From Thermovirgaceae bacterium (GTDB lineage: Bacteria; Synergistota; Synergistia; Synergistales; Thermovirgaceae), in assembly GCA_040767805.1 (NCBI GenBank), contig JAXGNU010000002.1:1-64000 (forward strand): a stretch of 64,000 bases of DNA, given 5' to 3'. The notes beneath the pieces are model-generated. The model was not told the origin of the DNA. It did not search any database and was given only the letters and a program-made list of their open reading frames with translations. Of this stretch, positions 49,055-58,483 are shown in pieces (position 1 is the stretch's first letter; each line of letters opens with the position of its first letter). The position numbers and the translations under genes are program-made.

Positions 49055-49298
49055 TCTTCCTCCCGCTTTCGACGATTCCGTGGGCCGTGAGTATGTGGGC
49101 CCTGCCCCTTATTTTCATGGCCGAGGTGAACTCCGTGAACTGGGCGATCCACACCTCGCCGGCATCCAGCTTTTCTGAGTGCGCGAACTTCGTCTCCTGC
49201 CCCCTTGTCATGCCTATCACGGAGACCCCGTTTTCCAGGGCCTTTACCACGACGAAATCAGAAAGCACCGAAGGCTTATCTTCCTTCTCCACGGCCAT
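49038..49298 (-). CDS. mtrB: trp RNA-binding attenuation protein (TRAP) homolog
   Basis: DFVVVKA.E.GV.VIG.TRG.ETKF.HSEKLD.GEV.IAQFTE.TSA.K.RG closely matches TRAP. Confidence 0.92.
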   Translation of the reverse strand: MAVEKEDKPSVLSDFVVVKALENGVSVIGMTRGQETKFAHSEKLDAGEVWIAQFTEFTSAMKIRGRAHILTAHGIVESGRKNEETG

Positions 49299-49343
49299 GC
49301 TCCTCCCTCCCGGTGCCCCTCTCGAGGGGACGACCCCATTATT

Positions 49344-52300
49344 TTATACCACTTCGACGCTACCGCCCGATAACTCGGAGATCCGGGCGAAAAGATCCGC
49401 CGAGGGTTCGACAAAAACGTCCCTGACCTTCAGGAGGGCCTTAACCCCTTCCAGGGGCACCTCCAGCAGGACGCCGGCCTCACCGGGGTGCCCCTTGAGT
49501 TCCCTGTAGATATCCCTGAGCCTCCCCTTCGATGAGGCTCCGTCATCGAGGACCCTCAGGCGGAGCCACTTCCTGGCGAGACCATGCAGCTCATCGAGGG
49601 CCATGACTTTCTCGGCGATCAGCGACAGGCCGTCCCTGGTCCTGGGCGATCCCTTCACAACGACGGCCTTCCCCTTCTCCGGGGGCACGATCGACGACCA
49701 GGTCCTGGGGAAACAGATAACCTCTACCTTGCCGGAAGAATCCTCCAGCTCCAGGATGCCCATGCGGTCGCCTTTCCTGGTGAACTTCTCCTGGACCCCG
49801 GCCAGTATCCCGGCGACCACCGCGGTGCAGTCTTCGGACCTCCAGAAGGAAAGGTCGGTAATGGAGCAGGTGGTATAGGGCAGCACTTCTTTTTCGTACT
49901 TGTCAAAGGGATGCCCTGAAATATAAAGTCCCGTGGCTTCCTTTTCCATCTCCATCCTCGTGTGGAGGTCATAATCCTCCACTTCTAGGAGGACGGGGCC
50001 CTCCTCCTCGGACAGGTCCTCAAGCCCCAGCAACTGCTGGCTGTGGCAGTCGTCATTCCTCCTCTGGGCCAGTTCGAACATGCCCGGCAGGGATTCCATG
50101 AGTTGCCGCCTATTGGGGGTGATCGAGTCAAAAGCGCCGGCCCTGATCAGGTTCTCCATGACCGCCCTGCCGACGATCCTAGTGTCAACGCGGTTTATGA
50201 AATCCCAGAGGGAAAGGTAGGGCCCCGCCTCGCGCGCTCCGATTATCTGTTCCACCGTCGGCTGTCCCATCTTGGAGACGGCGCCCAGCCCGAAGAGGAT
50301 AACATCCCGGTCGACGCTGAAGTTGGCCTCCGACCGGTTGACATCGGGGGGGAGGACTTTTATTCCGGAATTCCTGACGGTCCTGATATGGTTCGCGAGC
50401 ACGTCCAGTTTCGAGTGGATATGGCTCGAAAGGAAGGACGCGTAGAACTCGCAGGGGTAATGGGCCTTAAGGTAGGCCGTCTGGTAGGTGATCATCGCGT
50501 AGGCCGCGCTGTGGGACTTGTTGAAGCCGTACCCGGCGAACTCCTGGATTATGTTGAAGATGTGCTCCGCGTCAGAGGCCTTGACGCCGTTACCCGCGCA
50601 TCCTTCCACGAACTGCTTCCGCTGGGTCTCCATGACGTCGGCCTGCTTTTTACCCATGGCCCTCCTGAGCAGGTCGGCCTCCCCGAGGGTGTAACCCGCA
50701 AGGGTCGCCGCGCACTGCATGACCTGCTCCTGGTACAGGAACATGCCGTGGGTCTCCCTGAGGATCTCCTTCAGGTTGTCATGAAGCCAGGATATCTCCC
50801 TCCGGCCGTGCTTGCAGTCGATGTACTGCTCGACCATACCGCTTCCCAGGGGGCCGGGACGATAGAGGGCGAGAGCGGCGATGAGGTCCTCGAAGCAGTC
50901 GGGGCGCACCTGCCTGAGCAGCTGCCTCATGCCCGATGATTCCAGTTGGAAAATGCCCAGGGTGTCGGCACGCCAGAGCAGGTCGAAGGCGGCCCTGTCG
51001 TCGGGTGGGATGGAATAAAGGTCCGGCGCCTCCTTACCGTTCCGCCGGATGTTCGAGAGAGCCTCCTCGATCATCGAAAGCGTCCGGAGTCCCAGGAAAT
51101 CCATCTTCACTAGGCCCAGGCTCTCCAGGGGTTCCATAGAGTACTGGGTCACGATCTGCTCTTCCCCTATCCTCCGGATGGGGACCACGTCCGTCAGCGG
51201 CTCCGGTGTTATCACGATGCCCGCTGCGTGTTGTGAGCAGTGCCGGGCCAACCCCTCGATCTTCGACGCGTAGTCCAACAGCAAGTTCACGGAAGGGTCC
51301 TCCTTCCTGGCCTGCTTCAGGTCGGGGGACTGCTGAAGGGCATCTTCGATGGAGGCGGCCCCCGAAGGCACCAACTTGGCGATCCTGTCAACATCGGGAT
51401 ACCTCATGTCCAGCGCTCTTCCCACGTCGCGTATGGCCGCCCTGCTCTTCATCCGGTCAAAGGTAATTATCTGCGCTACGTGGGAGCGCCCGTACTTTTC
51501 CACGATGATCTCGAGGACCCGATCCCTGCCCCGGTCGGATATATCGGTGTCGATGTCAGGCATGCTTATCCTTTCAGGATTGAGGAACCTCTCAAAGAGC
51601 AAGCCGTACCTTAGAGGATCGATCTCGGTGATCCTCAGGGAATAGGCGACCAGTGACCCGGCCGCGGAACCCCTGCCGGGACCCACGGGGATGCCTTCCT
51701 CCTTGGCGGTGTTGATTATGTCGGACACGATGAGGAAGTAACCGGCGAACCCCATCTGGTTTATGACCTGGAGTTCGTAGTCGAGCCTCTGGCTGTATCC
51801 AACGGGCACAACCTCACCACTGAAACGGGCCTGTAGCCCCTCGCGGGCCCTTATGCTGAGTTCCTCCTCGAGGCTGGACCCCTTCCGGACCTCGAACCTG
51901 GGCAACCGGTAAGAGCTGAAGGAAAAACCCACGTTGCAGCGCTCGGCGATAGTGACCGTGTTCTGGAGCGCCTGGGGGACATCGTTGCCGAAGAGGGACC
52001 ACATCTCCTCCGGGGAGCGGAGGTAGAAGTCGTCGGCGCCGAAGCGTAACCGGCTGGGGGCGTTCACCGTGGCGTTCGTCTGGACGCAGAGCAGAACGTC
52101 ATGCCAGGAGGCGTCCCCCGCCTCCAGGTAATGAGCGTCGTTGGTGGCAACCAGTGGGATGCCGGTCTGGGAGGACATCCTGATCAGCGCCCTGTTCGCG
52201 ACGGCTTGCTCAGGGATCCCGTTGTGCATTATCTCGAGGAAGAAGTTGCCCTCGCCGAAGATATCGCGGTAGAGCATGGCCCTCTGTAGCGCTTCCTCCT

Positions 52301-52751
52301 CGGACCCCTCGAGGATGAGGCTCGGTATCTCGCCGGCGAGACAGGCCGAACTGGCGATAAGACCCTTGGAATAACGGGAGAGTAGATCGTGATCGACCCT
52401 GGGGCGGTAGTAAAAACCATCGGTGTTCGCAAGGGAGACCAGTTTGACGAGGTTCTGGTACCCTTCCTGGTCCTCCGCGAGAACGATGAGATGGTAGGAC
52501 CTCCCCATGCGTTCCTTGAGGGTATGTCCCCTGGGGTCAACGTAGAGTTCACAACCGATGATGGGTTTGACCCCCTCCTTGCGGCAGGCCTCGTAGAATT
52601 CGACCGCGCCGTAGAGGACGCCATGATCGGTGAGGGCCACGGCGGGGCTTCCCCAGAGGGCGGCCCTTCCGGCGAGGTCCCCGCAGCGGATCGCGCCGTC
52701 GAGGAGGCTGTATTCGCTATGCACGTGAAGATGGACGAAAGGTTTTCCCAC
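49344..52751 (-). CDS. dnaE: DNA polymerase III alpha subunit
   Basis: HLHVHSEYSLLDG PHP domain, GPGRGSAAGS, MPDIDTD, YGFNKSH; no intein. Confidence 0.97.
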   Translation of the reverse strand: MGKPFVHLHVHSEYSLLDGAIRCGDLAGRAALWGSPAVALTDHGVLYGAVEFYEACRKEGVKPIIGCELYVDPRGHTLKERMGRSYHLIVLAEDQEGYQNLVKLVSLANTDGFYYRPRVDHDLLSRYSKGLIASSACLAGEIPSLILEGSEEEALQRAMLYRDIFGEGNFFLEIMHNGIPEQAVANRALIRMSSQTGIPLVATNDAHYLEAGDASWHDVLLCVQTNATVNAPSRLRFGADDFYLRSPEEMWSLFGNDVPQALQNTVTIAERCNVGFSFSSYRLPRFEVRKGSSLEEELSIRAREGLQARFSGEVVPVGYSQRLDYELQVINQMGFAGYFLIVSDIINTAKEEGIPVGPGRGSAAGSLVAYSLRITEIDPLRYGLLFERFLNPERISMPDIDTDISDRGRDRVLEIIVEKYGRSHVAQIITFDRMKSRAAIRDVGRALDMRYPDVDRIAKLVPSGAASIEDALQQSPDLKQARKEDPSVNLLLDYASKIEGLARHCSQHAAGIVITPEPLTDVVPIRRIGEEQIVTQYSMEPLESLGLVKMDFLGLRTLSMIEEALSNIRRNGKEAPDLYSIPPDDRAAFDLLWRADTLGIFQLESSGMRQLLRQVRPDCFEDLIAALALYRPGPLGSGMVEQYIDCKHGRREISWLHDNLKEILRETHGMFLYQEQVMQCAATLAGYTLGEADLLRRAMGKKQADVMETQRKQFVEGCAGNGVKASDAEHIFNIIQEFAGYGFNKSHSAAYAMITYQTAYLKAHYPCEFYASFLSSHIHSKLDVLANHIRTVRNSGIKVLPPDVNRSEANFSVDRDVILFGLGAVSKMGQPTVEQIIGAREAGPYLSLWDFINRVDTRIVGRAVMENLIRAGAFDSITPNRRQLMESLPGMFELAQRRNDDCHSQQLLGLEDLSEEEGPVLLEVEDYDLHTRMEMEKEATGLYISGHPFDKYEKEVLPYTTCSITDLSFWRSEDCTAVVAGILAGVQEKFTRKGDRMGILELEDSSGKVEVICFPRTWSSIVPPEKGKAVVVKGSPRTRDGLSLIAEKVMALDELHGLARKWLRLRVLDDGASSKGRLRDIYRELKGHPGEAGVLLEVPLEGVKALLKVRDVFVEPSADLFARISELSGGSVEVV

Positions 52752-54511
52752 TATTCGGCCGCCCCTCCTTCGGGTTCTTCCGATCCTTCGGCGGTTTCGT
52801 CCTTGAGGACGTATAACTCGGCGTTGAAGGTTTTCTGTATCTCCATGAGGCGATCCTGTCTTTTTTCTCCCACCTTGCCCCCGCGCCGGTCGCCATCGGG
52901 ACCGCGGGAGGGGAACTCGGCAGGGGTCACCCGAAAGACCGGGAAAGGTGAAGGCACGGCCTCGGCGGGATCAGCGGGCAAGGGATCGATCCCGCCTTGG
53001 GAATCCCCATCCACCCGGACCGACCTCTCACCGCAGGCCAGTTCCATCGGCGCTCCCGAGAATCTATCGAGCCTTATCGAGTCCAGGTACGCCAGGTTCC
53101 TGGGGGAGGTGGCCAGTTCAAAGGAGAAGCGCTGCTCCTCGGGGAAGGTCACTACCAGCGAATCCCCGTCCTTTACGGAGGTCGTGGAGGCGCAGGCGCA
53201 ATAGAGGGGAAGGTTATCGGCGGCCATCGCCGCGACGCAATCCCCCCAATCTCCCGCGCCCGTGGAGGTGATCGGGGACGGAATATCCCCGGGGGTTTCG
53301 ACCTTCACCGGGGGATGGGGTTCTTCGTCCTTTTTCATCACCCCTGGCCCTGCCGCCTTCTTCGCGGGGGACTCCCCCTCGGGCAGGGGCTCCTCCTTTT
53401 TCCGCTCAATACGTCCACTTTTTGACCCAGGCGCAAGGAAGAGCCCGAGGAGCATGCCCAGGACAACCTCCCCCTTGAGACCGTACCGTGCCCTGGGGAG
53501 GGTGGCCGAGCAGAAATCAAGGGCCTTCCAGAGGTCGGGCTCTCTCCAGTGACCAGCTTCGCCCAGGATGAAGGACCTCTCCTCCTCGTTAAGGGGCAGC
53601 GAGTCGATCCCCTCTTCCTTCCACAAGACCGCGACGAGAATATCCCTGAAAAGCAGGAACAGGCCCTCCAGGAGGCGTTCAGCCGTCAGCCCGCGCTGGA
53701 AAAGCTCCGAGAAACCCCTGAACGCCTCGGGGGACCCATCCCTAAGGGCGGGGAGGAGTCTCTCCAGGTCGCTCCTTCCGCCCCCCCCGAGGATGCCCCT
53801 GATCTCCTCGAGCGAGACCGACGGGAGGCCCGTGGTCACCCCCTGCTCCAGCAAGGAAAGGGCGTCCCTCAGCGAACCGTCGGACTCCCTGGCTATCTCC
53901 CATAGGGCTTTCTCTTCGATATTCACCCCTTCCAAGGCCGACACCTTCCTGATGGTCTCCACGATGGCGGGAAGGGGGATACGGTGAAAAGGTATGTGCT
54001 GGCACCGGGACCGTATCGTTGCCGGGACCTTGTGCGGTTCCGTCGTGGCGAGGATGAAGACCACCGTCCTGGGAGGTTCTTCCAGGGTCTTCAGTAGCGC
54101 GTTGAAGGCCGGTTCGGTGAGCATGTGCACTTCATCGATAATGTAGACCTTGAACCTTCCGGAAAAGGGCGAAAGGGAGATATGCTCCTTGAGTTCCCTT
54201 ATCTCGTCAATGCCCCTGTTCGAGGCCCCGTCGATCTCAATGACGTCCAGGTTGTCCCCCGACGCGATGGAAACGCAACTGGGGCATTGCCCGCAGGGCT
54301 CTCCTTTTTCGTCGCGGTCGGGGCAATTCACGGCCTTGGCGACTATCCTGGCGAGGGTGGTCTTGCCGCTTCCCCTTGGGCCGGAAAAAAGATAGGCGTG
54401 GCTGTTTTTACCGCTCGCTATTTCCCTGCGAAGAAGGTTGACCGCCGCTTCCTGGGCCACGACTTCCGAAAAAAACCCCGGCCTGTGCCGGCGGTAAAGG
54501 GAAAGATACAT
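52751..54511 (-). CDS. dnaX: DNA polymerase III subunit gamma/tau
   Basis: LYR..RP, GPRG.GKTT, CxxC zinc module, DEVHML, SRC. Confidence 0.96.
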   Translation of the reverse strand: MYLSLYRRHRPGFFSEVVAQEAAVNLLRREIASGKNSHAYLFSGPRGSGKTTLARIVAKAVNCPDRDEKGEPCGQCPSCVSIASGDNLDVIEIDGASNRGIDEIRELKEHISLSPFSGRFKVYIIDEVHMLTEPAFNALLKTLEEPPRTVVFILATTEPHKVPATIRSRCQHIPFHRIPLPAIVETIRKVSALEGVNIEEKALWEIARESDGSLRDALSLLEQGVTTGLPSVSLEEIRGILGGGGRSDLERLLPALRDGSPEAFRGFSELFQRGLTAERLLEGLFLLFRDILVAVLWKEEGIDSLPLNEEERSFILGEAGHWREPDLWKALDFCSATLPRARYGLKGEVVLGMLLGLFLAPGSKSGRIERKKEEPLPEGESPAKKAAGPGVMKKDEEPHPPVKVETPGDIPSPITSTGAGDWGDCVAAMAADNLPLYCACASTTSVKDGDSLVVTFPEEQRFSFELATSPRNLAYLDSIRLDRFSGAPMELACGERSVRVDGDSQGGIDPLPADPAEAVPSPFPVFRVTPAEFPSRGPDGDRRGGKVGEKRQDRLMEIQKTFNAELYVLKDETAEGSEEPEGGAAE

Positions 54512-54550
54512 CTTATCGCCTCCTGTGAAAGGGGCTCTCCTTGGGTTCGT

Positions 54551-55642
54551 CTACCTGTTGTAATCGGCCACAGGATGGATCATCCTGGCCCTGTTGAGCG
54601 ACATCAGGATGTTCTCCCTGAATTCCTCCAGCGAGGGCATACCGGGGAGGAGGTCCTTTTCGTAGGCGATCACCCCGAGGCCCACCCTGAGTGCTTTCTT
54701 GCCGCGGGTCTCCTGGATGGAGATATCGTAGGGCGAGGTTTCCATCTGCAGGTATTTGTCCAGCGATACAGCGACCTTGTTCATCAGTTCAGAGGCTCCC
54801 TCGGCCTTTGGCGCCCGCCATACCGGCTCCCCATCGATGCTGAGCAGGAGGGAGCCGCCCTCCTCGCGCGTCTGCACCCTCAAAAGACGAAGGGCCTTCT
54901 TCCTCTCCAGGGGCCACCCCTTTTCCCTGATGATGTTCCCTAGGCTCCTCACCCTATCCTTGGTCTTGGGGTGGTCAGCGTATATACCGGGGTCGACATA
55001 GGGCCTCTTCATCTCTTCCTCCTGCAACCTCTCCATCACCGTCACGGCCCCGGCCGGCTCGTATCCTGACTGTGACAGGATATTCAGTCCCTCTGAATCG
55101 GCTTCTCTCTCGAGGTCCTTGCTGTAGGAGTTCATGATCGCCACCTGGGCGAGGTTGGCCAGGATCGGCGCCGCGCCGGAACCCCCCGTGGCGATGATCA
55201 CCGCTAGGGCCCCGAGGGTCAGACGCTGGTTTCTTGACGATTGGATCATCCCGTGTTTCCTGTCGGTGTGGACCAGTTCATGGGCCAGGATCGAGGCTAC
55301 CTCATCGTCGCTGCGGCAGAACTCCAGCATCCCCGTGGTCATGTATATCCTACCGCCGGGGAGGGCAAAGGCATTCGGCCTTCTTTCCTCCACGAGACGG
55401 ACCTCGAAGGGTAGGTCCCGCTCGGTGAAGGGGGTCAGCCTTGAAAGGATCATGGCTACCCTTGCCACCCGGACGGGGTCTGTCACACAGCCCCATTGCT
55501 TTTCAACCTGCTCGGAGACCTTATCGGCCAGTTTGATCTCCCTGTCCAGTTCCTCCGTGCCGGCTACGCAAGGGTATGAAGAGAACAGGATAAAAAGGGA
55601 GAGCGCGAGGAGGTACCCGATGGCGGTTAACCGTTTCCGCAT
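54551..55642 (-). CDS. M48 family metalloprotease, exported
   Basis: Signal peptide; NAFALPGG, HELVH, E.EAD and HP...R motifs. Confidence 0.9.
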   Translation of the reverse strand: MRKRLTAIGYLLALSLFILFSSYPCVAGTEELDREIKLADKVSEQVEKQWGCVTDPVRVARVAMILSRLTPFTERDLPFEVRLVEERRPNAFALPGGRIYMTTGMLEFCRSDDEVASILAHELVHTDRKHGMIQSSRNQRLTLGALAVIIATGGSGAAPILANLAQVAIMNSYSKDLEREADSEGLNILSQSGYEPAGAVTVMERLQEEEMKRPYVDPGIYADHPKTKDRVRSLGNIIREKGWPLERKKALRLLRVQTREEGGSLLLSIDGEPVWRAPKAEGASELMNKVAVSLDKYLQMETSPYDISIQETRGKKALRVGLGVIAYEKDLLPGMPSLEEFRENILMSLNRARMIHPVADYNR

Positions 55643-55759
55643 AGGCCTTCCTTCCCGGGTCTTTGATGGGATCCTTTGCCTGCTATTTTAAGGCAAAGAA
55701 CCCGATGCGGGAATGGCGGCTCCTCCCCCGGGGAAGTGCTCCGGCCGTGGGCGGCGTCA

Positions 55760-56245
55760 TCATGTCCCGAGGCCGCGTACGAGACCTAGGGTCATCTCCC
55801 TGATGATCGCCGCTACCTCCCTGTAGCGGGGCAGGCCGGACCCGAAGGGGTCAGGCACCTCCAAGGCATCGCCCCGGCAGAAGGGGAGCGAGGCCTCCCC
55901 CAGGAGGCGGATCGTCGCACCCTCGCCCAGAGGCAGCCTCTTCATGCGGTCCACGTGTTCCCTGGTCATCCCCAGGGCCAGGGACCCACCCGGCGGGGTC
56001 CAGGACTCCGCTCGCCTCGAGCGATGCCCCGAGATGTCTATACCGTGTTCGAGCATCACCCTGACCGCGAATTCGGTGGCGGGCAGCCCCTCGATAGCCG
56101 CGACTCCCAGGGATGAGGTTTTCCATCGGTCGTCCAGCCCGCGGAGCTTGAGGAAATGCCTCGCGAACCCTTCGGCCATCGGGCTCCTGCAGGTGTTGCC
56201 CGAGCAGACGAACACTACCTCCCTCAATGGGTCCCGGCTGTCCAT
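55760..56245 (-). CDS. Low-molecular-weight protein phosphatase, YwlE-like (phospho-arginine type)
   Basis: CSGNTCRS P-loop and DPFG. Confidence 0.88.
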   Translation of the reverse strand: MDSRDPLREVVFVCSGNTCRSPMAEGFARHFLKLRGLDDRWKTSSLGVAAIEGLPATEFAVRVMLEHGIDISGHRSRRAESWTPPGGSLALGMTREHVDRMKRLPLGEGATIRLLGEASLPFCRGDALEVPDPFGSGLPRYREVAAIIREMTLGLVRGLGT

Positions 56246-56249
56246 GGGG

Positions 56250-57182
56250 TCAATCGAGTTTCTCGACCTGGACCTGGGTCGCGAGCTGATCTATCTCCGA
56301 TCGGCCGCGGAAGCCCTTTTCGACGCGGAGGGAATTCTCCCATGCGCAGGCCGTGGAAAAGCGTATGGTATCCTCGGCGCTCATCCTTTCCTCCCGGGCG
56401 ATCATGAAACCCGCGACCAGGGCGTCATCGGAGGCGAACAGCGAAGCCAGGCCCTTCCGCTCGTACTCCGCGAGGTAGATCCCCTCGGGGGAGAAGAAGA
56501 CGGCGCCGTAGTTCCTGTAGGACGCGACGGCCCATTCGACCCCGTAATCGTGGACCCGGGAGACCACCTCGATGAGGTTGTCCAGGGATGTGAGCGAAAT
56601 GCCGGCCACCCAGGCCATAAAGCGGTGGTCCACCCTAGCGAAAGTCGGCCCGGCCTCAATGGCGGCCAGAAGTGGCGGTCCCGCCGCGTCGAGCAGGGTG
56701 GGGATCCCCTTGGACTTGGCCCTCTCGACCAGGTCCCTGTAAATATCCTGGGGGACCCCCGGCGGGAGGGAGCCCCCGATCATCACGAACCGGGCCCTGA
56801 CGAGCATCCTGTCGTAGTTTGAGAGGAACCTGCCGAGGGCCTCCTCGGGGATGTAGGGGCCGCTTTCCGCTACGCCGGTTTCGATGTGCCCCACCTCATC
56901 GACGATGTAGACGTTCGAACGGGTCTCACCGGGGACATGGATAAAGTTGGTGGTTATGTGGAGCCTCCTGAGGGCGTCCCTGATGTACTCGCCGTTGAAC
57001 CCCGCCAGGAAACCCATCGCCACCGAGGGGTAATCTACCTGGGATAGCATGTAGGAGACGTTGATGCCCTTGCCGCCCGGTGACCTGTTGACCTGGCCGG
57101 CCCGGAACCACTTTCCCGGCCGGAACTCCGGGACGAGGCACTCTTCGTCCACGGCCGGGTTCAGCGTAACGGTCACTATCAT
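56250..57182 (-). CDS. 1-phosphofructokinase/PfkB family protein with degenerate ATP-binding motifs
   Basis: TVTLNPAVD, GGKGINVS, TRSN, GSLPPG; GAGD replaced by ASDD and KPN..E by RVDHRF. Confidence 0.8.
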   Translation of the reverse strand: MIVTVTLNPAVDEECLVPEFRPGKWFRAGQVNRSPGGKGINVSYMLSQVDYPSVAMGFLAGFNGEYIRDALRRLHITTNFIHVPGETRSNVYIVDEVGHIETGVAESGPYIPEEALGRFLSNYDRMLVRARFVMIGGSLPPGVPQDIYRDLVERAKSKGIPTLLDAAGPPLLAAIEAGPTFARVDHRFMAWVAGISLTSLDNLIEVVSRVHDYGVEWAVASYRNYGAVFFSPEGIYLAEYERKGLASLFASDDALVAGFMIAREERMSAEDTIRFSTACAWENSLRVEKGFRGRSEIDQLATQVQVEKLD

Positions 57183-57240
57183 GGTTCGCACCTCCCCCGA
57201 GGATCGCGAAGGCAATTACCGCCCCGAGAGGCTGGGGCTT

Positions 57241-58428
57241 TCACGACAGGAACTCCACCGCCTCTTCCAGGGACCCCACCTGCTTCGACCGTTGGATCCT
57301 TCCCCTCCGGAACTCCACCATGACGGGGAGGTTCGTGATGCCGAGCTTTTCAACCATCCTCTTGTTCTTGTAGCCGTCCAGGAGGACCACCTTTTTAATA
57401 CCGCCGTCGGTGCCCTCCTCGATCTTCGTTGCAAGCCGAGCCTGTACCTCGTCGATGCTGGAGAAGAAGAAGGCCGTGACCTGATCTGGCTCCAGGAGGA
57501 TACCCTGGAGGTGCAGTTGCTCCGATATATAGGAAGAAGCGGCCATGGCGGCCGTCGCGCCGTCTCCGGCGGCCGTTATTACCTGCCTCAGGTACTTGTC
57601 CCTGACGTCGCCGGCGGCGAAGACGCCTTCAACGCTGGTCTCCATCCTCTCGTTGGTCAACACCCAGCCGCCCTTCGAGGATTCGACAAGGCCTTCCATG
57701 AAGGATATATTGGGGTCCATGCCGGTGAAGACGAAGACCCCCGAAACAGGCAGTTCCGATATCTCACCGGTCCTGACGTTCTTAAGGACGAGCTTTTCGA
57801 GCATATCCTCCCCGGCGATCTCCTCAACGACGGAGTTCCACAGGACCTCTATCTTGGGGTTCGTCAGGGCTCTTTCCGTGGCCATCCGGTCGGCCCGGAA
57901 GCTGTCCCTCCGGTGGATGATATACACCTTCGAGGCGAACTGGGTTAGGTACACGGCCTCTTCCACGGCGGTGTTGCCGCCTCCGATGACGGCTATCTCC
58001 TGGTCCTCAAAAAAGGCCCCATCGCAGACCGCGCAGTAGCTGACGCCCCTGCCGGTGAACTCCTTCTCCCCCGGTGCGCCCAGCCTCCTGAAGCTCGCCC
58101 CGGTGGCTATGATGACGGCCTCGGCCTCGATCTCCCCCTTATCGGTATGGATGACCTTTCTCCCGCCGTCGACGGTTATCTTGCTGACCTCCGTTTCCAG
58201 GAACTCGGCCTTGAAGTGTTCGGCGTGCACCCTGAAGCTGTCGGCCAGTTCAGCGCCGCTGGCGTGCAGGACACCGGTCCAGTTCTCGATCTCGCCCGTG
58301 GAGTTTATCTGTCCTCCCGGTATCCCCTTTTCAAGGACGAGGACGTCGAGCCCCGATCTCTTCCCGTAGATGGCGGCCGTGAGCCCTGCCGGTCCCGCTC
58401 CTATGATCACGAGTTCCCTTTTTCCCAT
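57241..58428 (-). CDS. trxB: Thioredoxin reductase with C-terminal thioredoxin-like extension
   Basis: GAGPAG, CAVCDG, GGGNTAVEEA, HRRD.FRA, FAAGD; about 90 extra C-terminal residues. Confidence 0.92.
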   Translation of the reverse strand: MGKRELVIIGAGPAGLTAAIYGKRSGLDVLVLEKGIPGGQINSTGEIENWTGVLHASGAELADSFRVHAEHFKAEFLETEVSKITVDGGRKVIHTDKGEIEAEAVIIATGASFRRLGAPGEKEFTGRGVSYCAVCDGAFFEDQEIAVIGGGNTAVEEAVYLTQFASKVYIIHRRDSFRADRMATERALTNPKIEVLWNSVVEEIAGEDMLEKLVLKNVRTGEISELPVSGVFVFTGMDPNISFMEGLVESSKGGWVLTNERMETSVEGVFAAGDVRDKYLRQVITAAGDGATAAMAASSYISEQLHLQGILLEPDQVTAFFFSSIDEVQARLATKIEEGTDGGIKKVVLLDGYKNKRMVEKLGITNLPVMVEFRRGRIQRSKQVGSLEEAVEFLS

Positions 58429-58483
58429 CGACCATTCCTCCTGAACGTAAGGTTTTATCTCCGTGAAAACTCACCATATTGTA

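Noticed and set aside
49344..52751. Intein or insertion in dnaE
   Set aside because: Normal length and collinear motifs
54512..55760. SRP RNA (ffs) upstream of dnaX
   Set aside because: No CAGG..CGGAAG..AGCA domain IV motif; only a CTTTGCCT/AGGCAAAG inverted repeat at about 55674-55698 of unclear meaning
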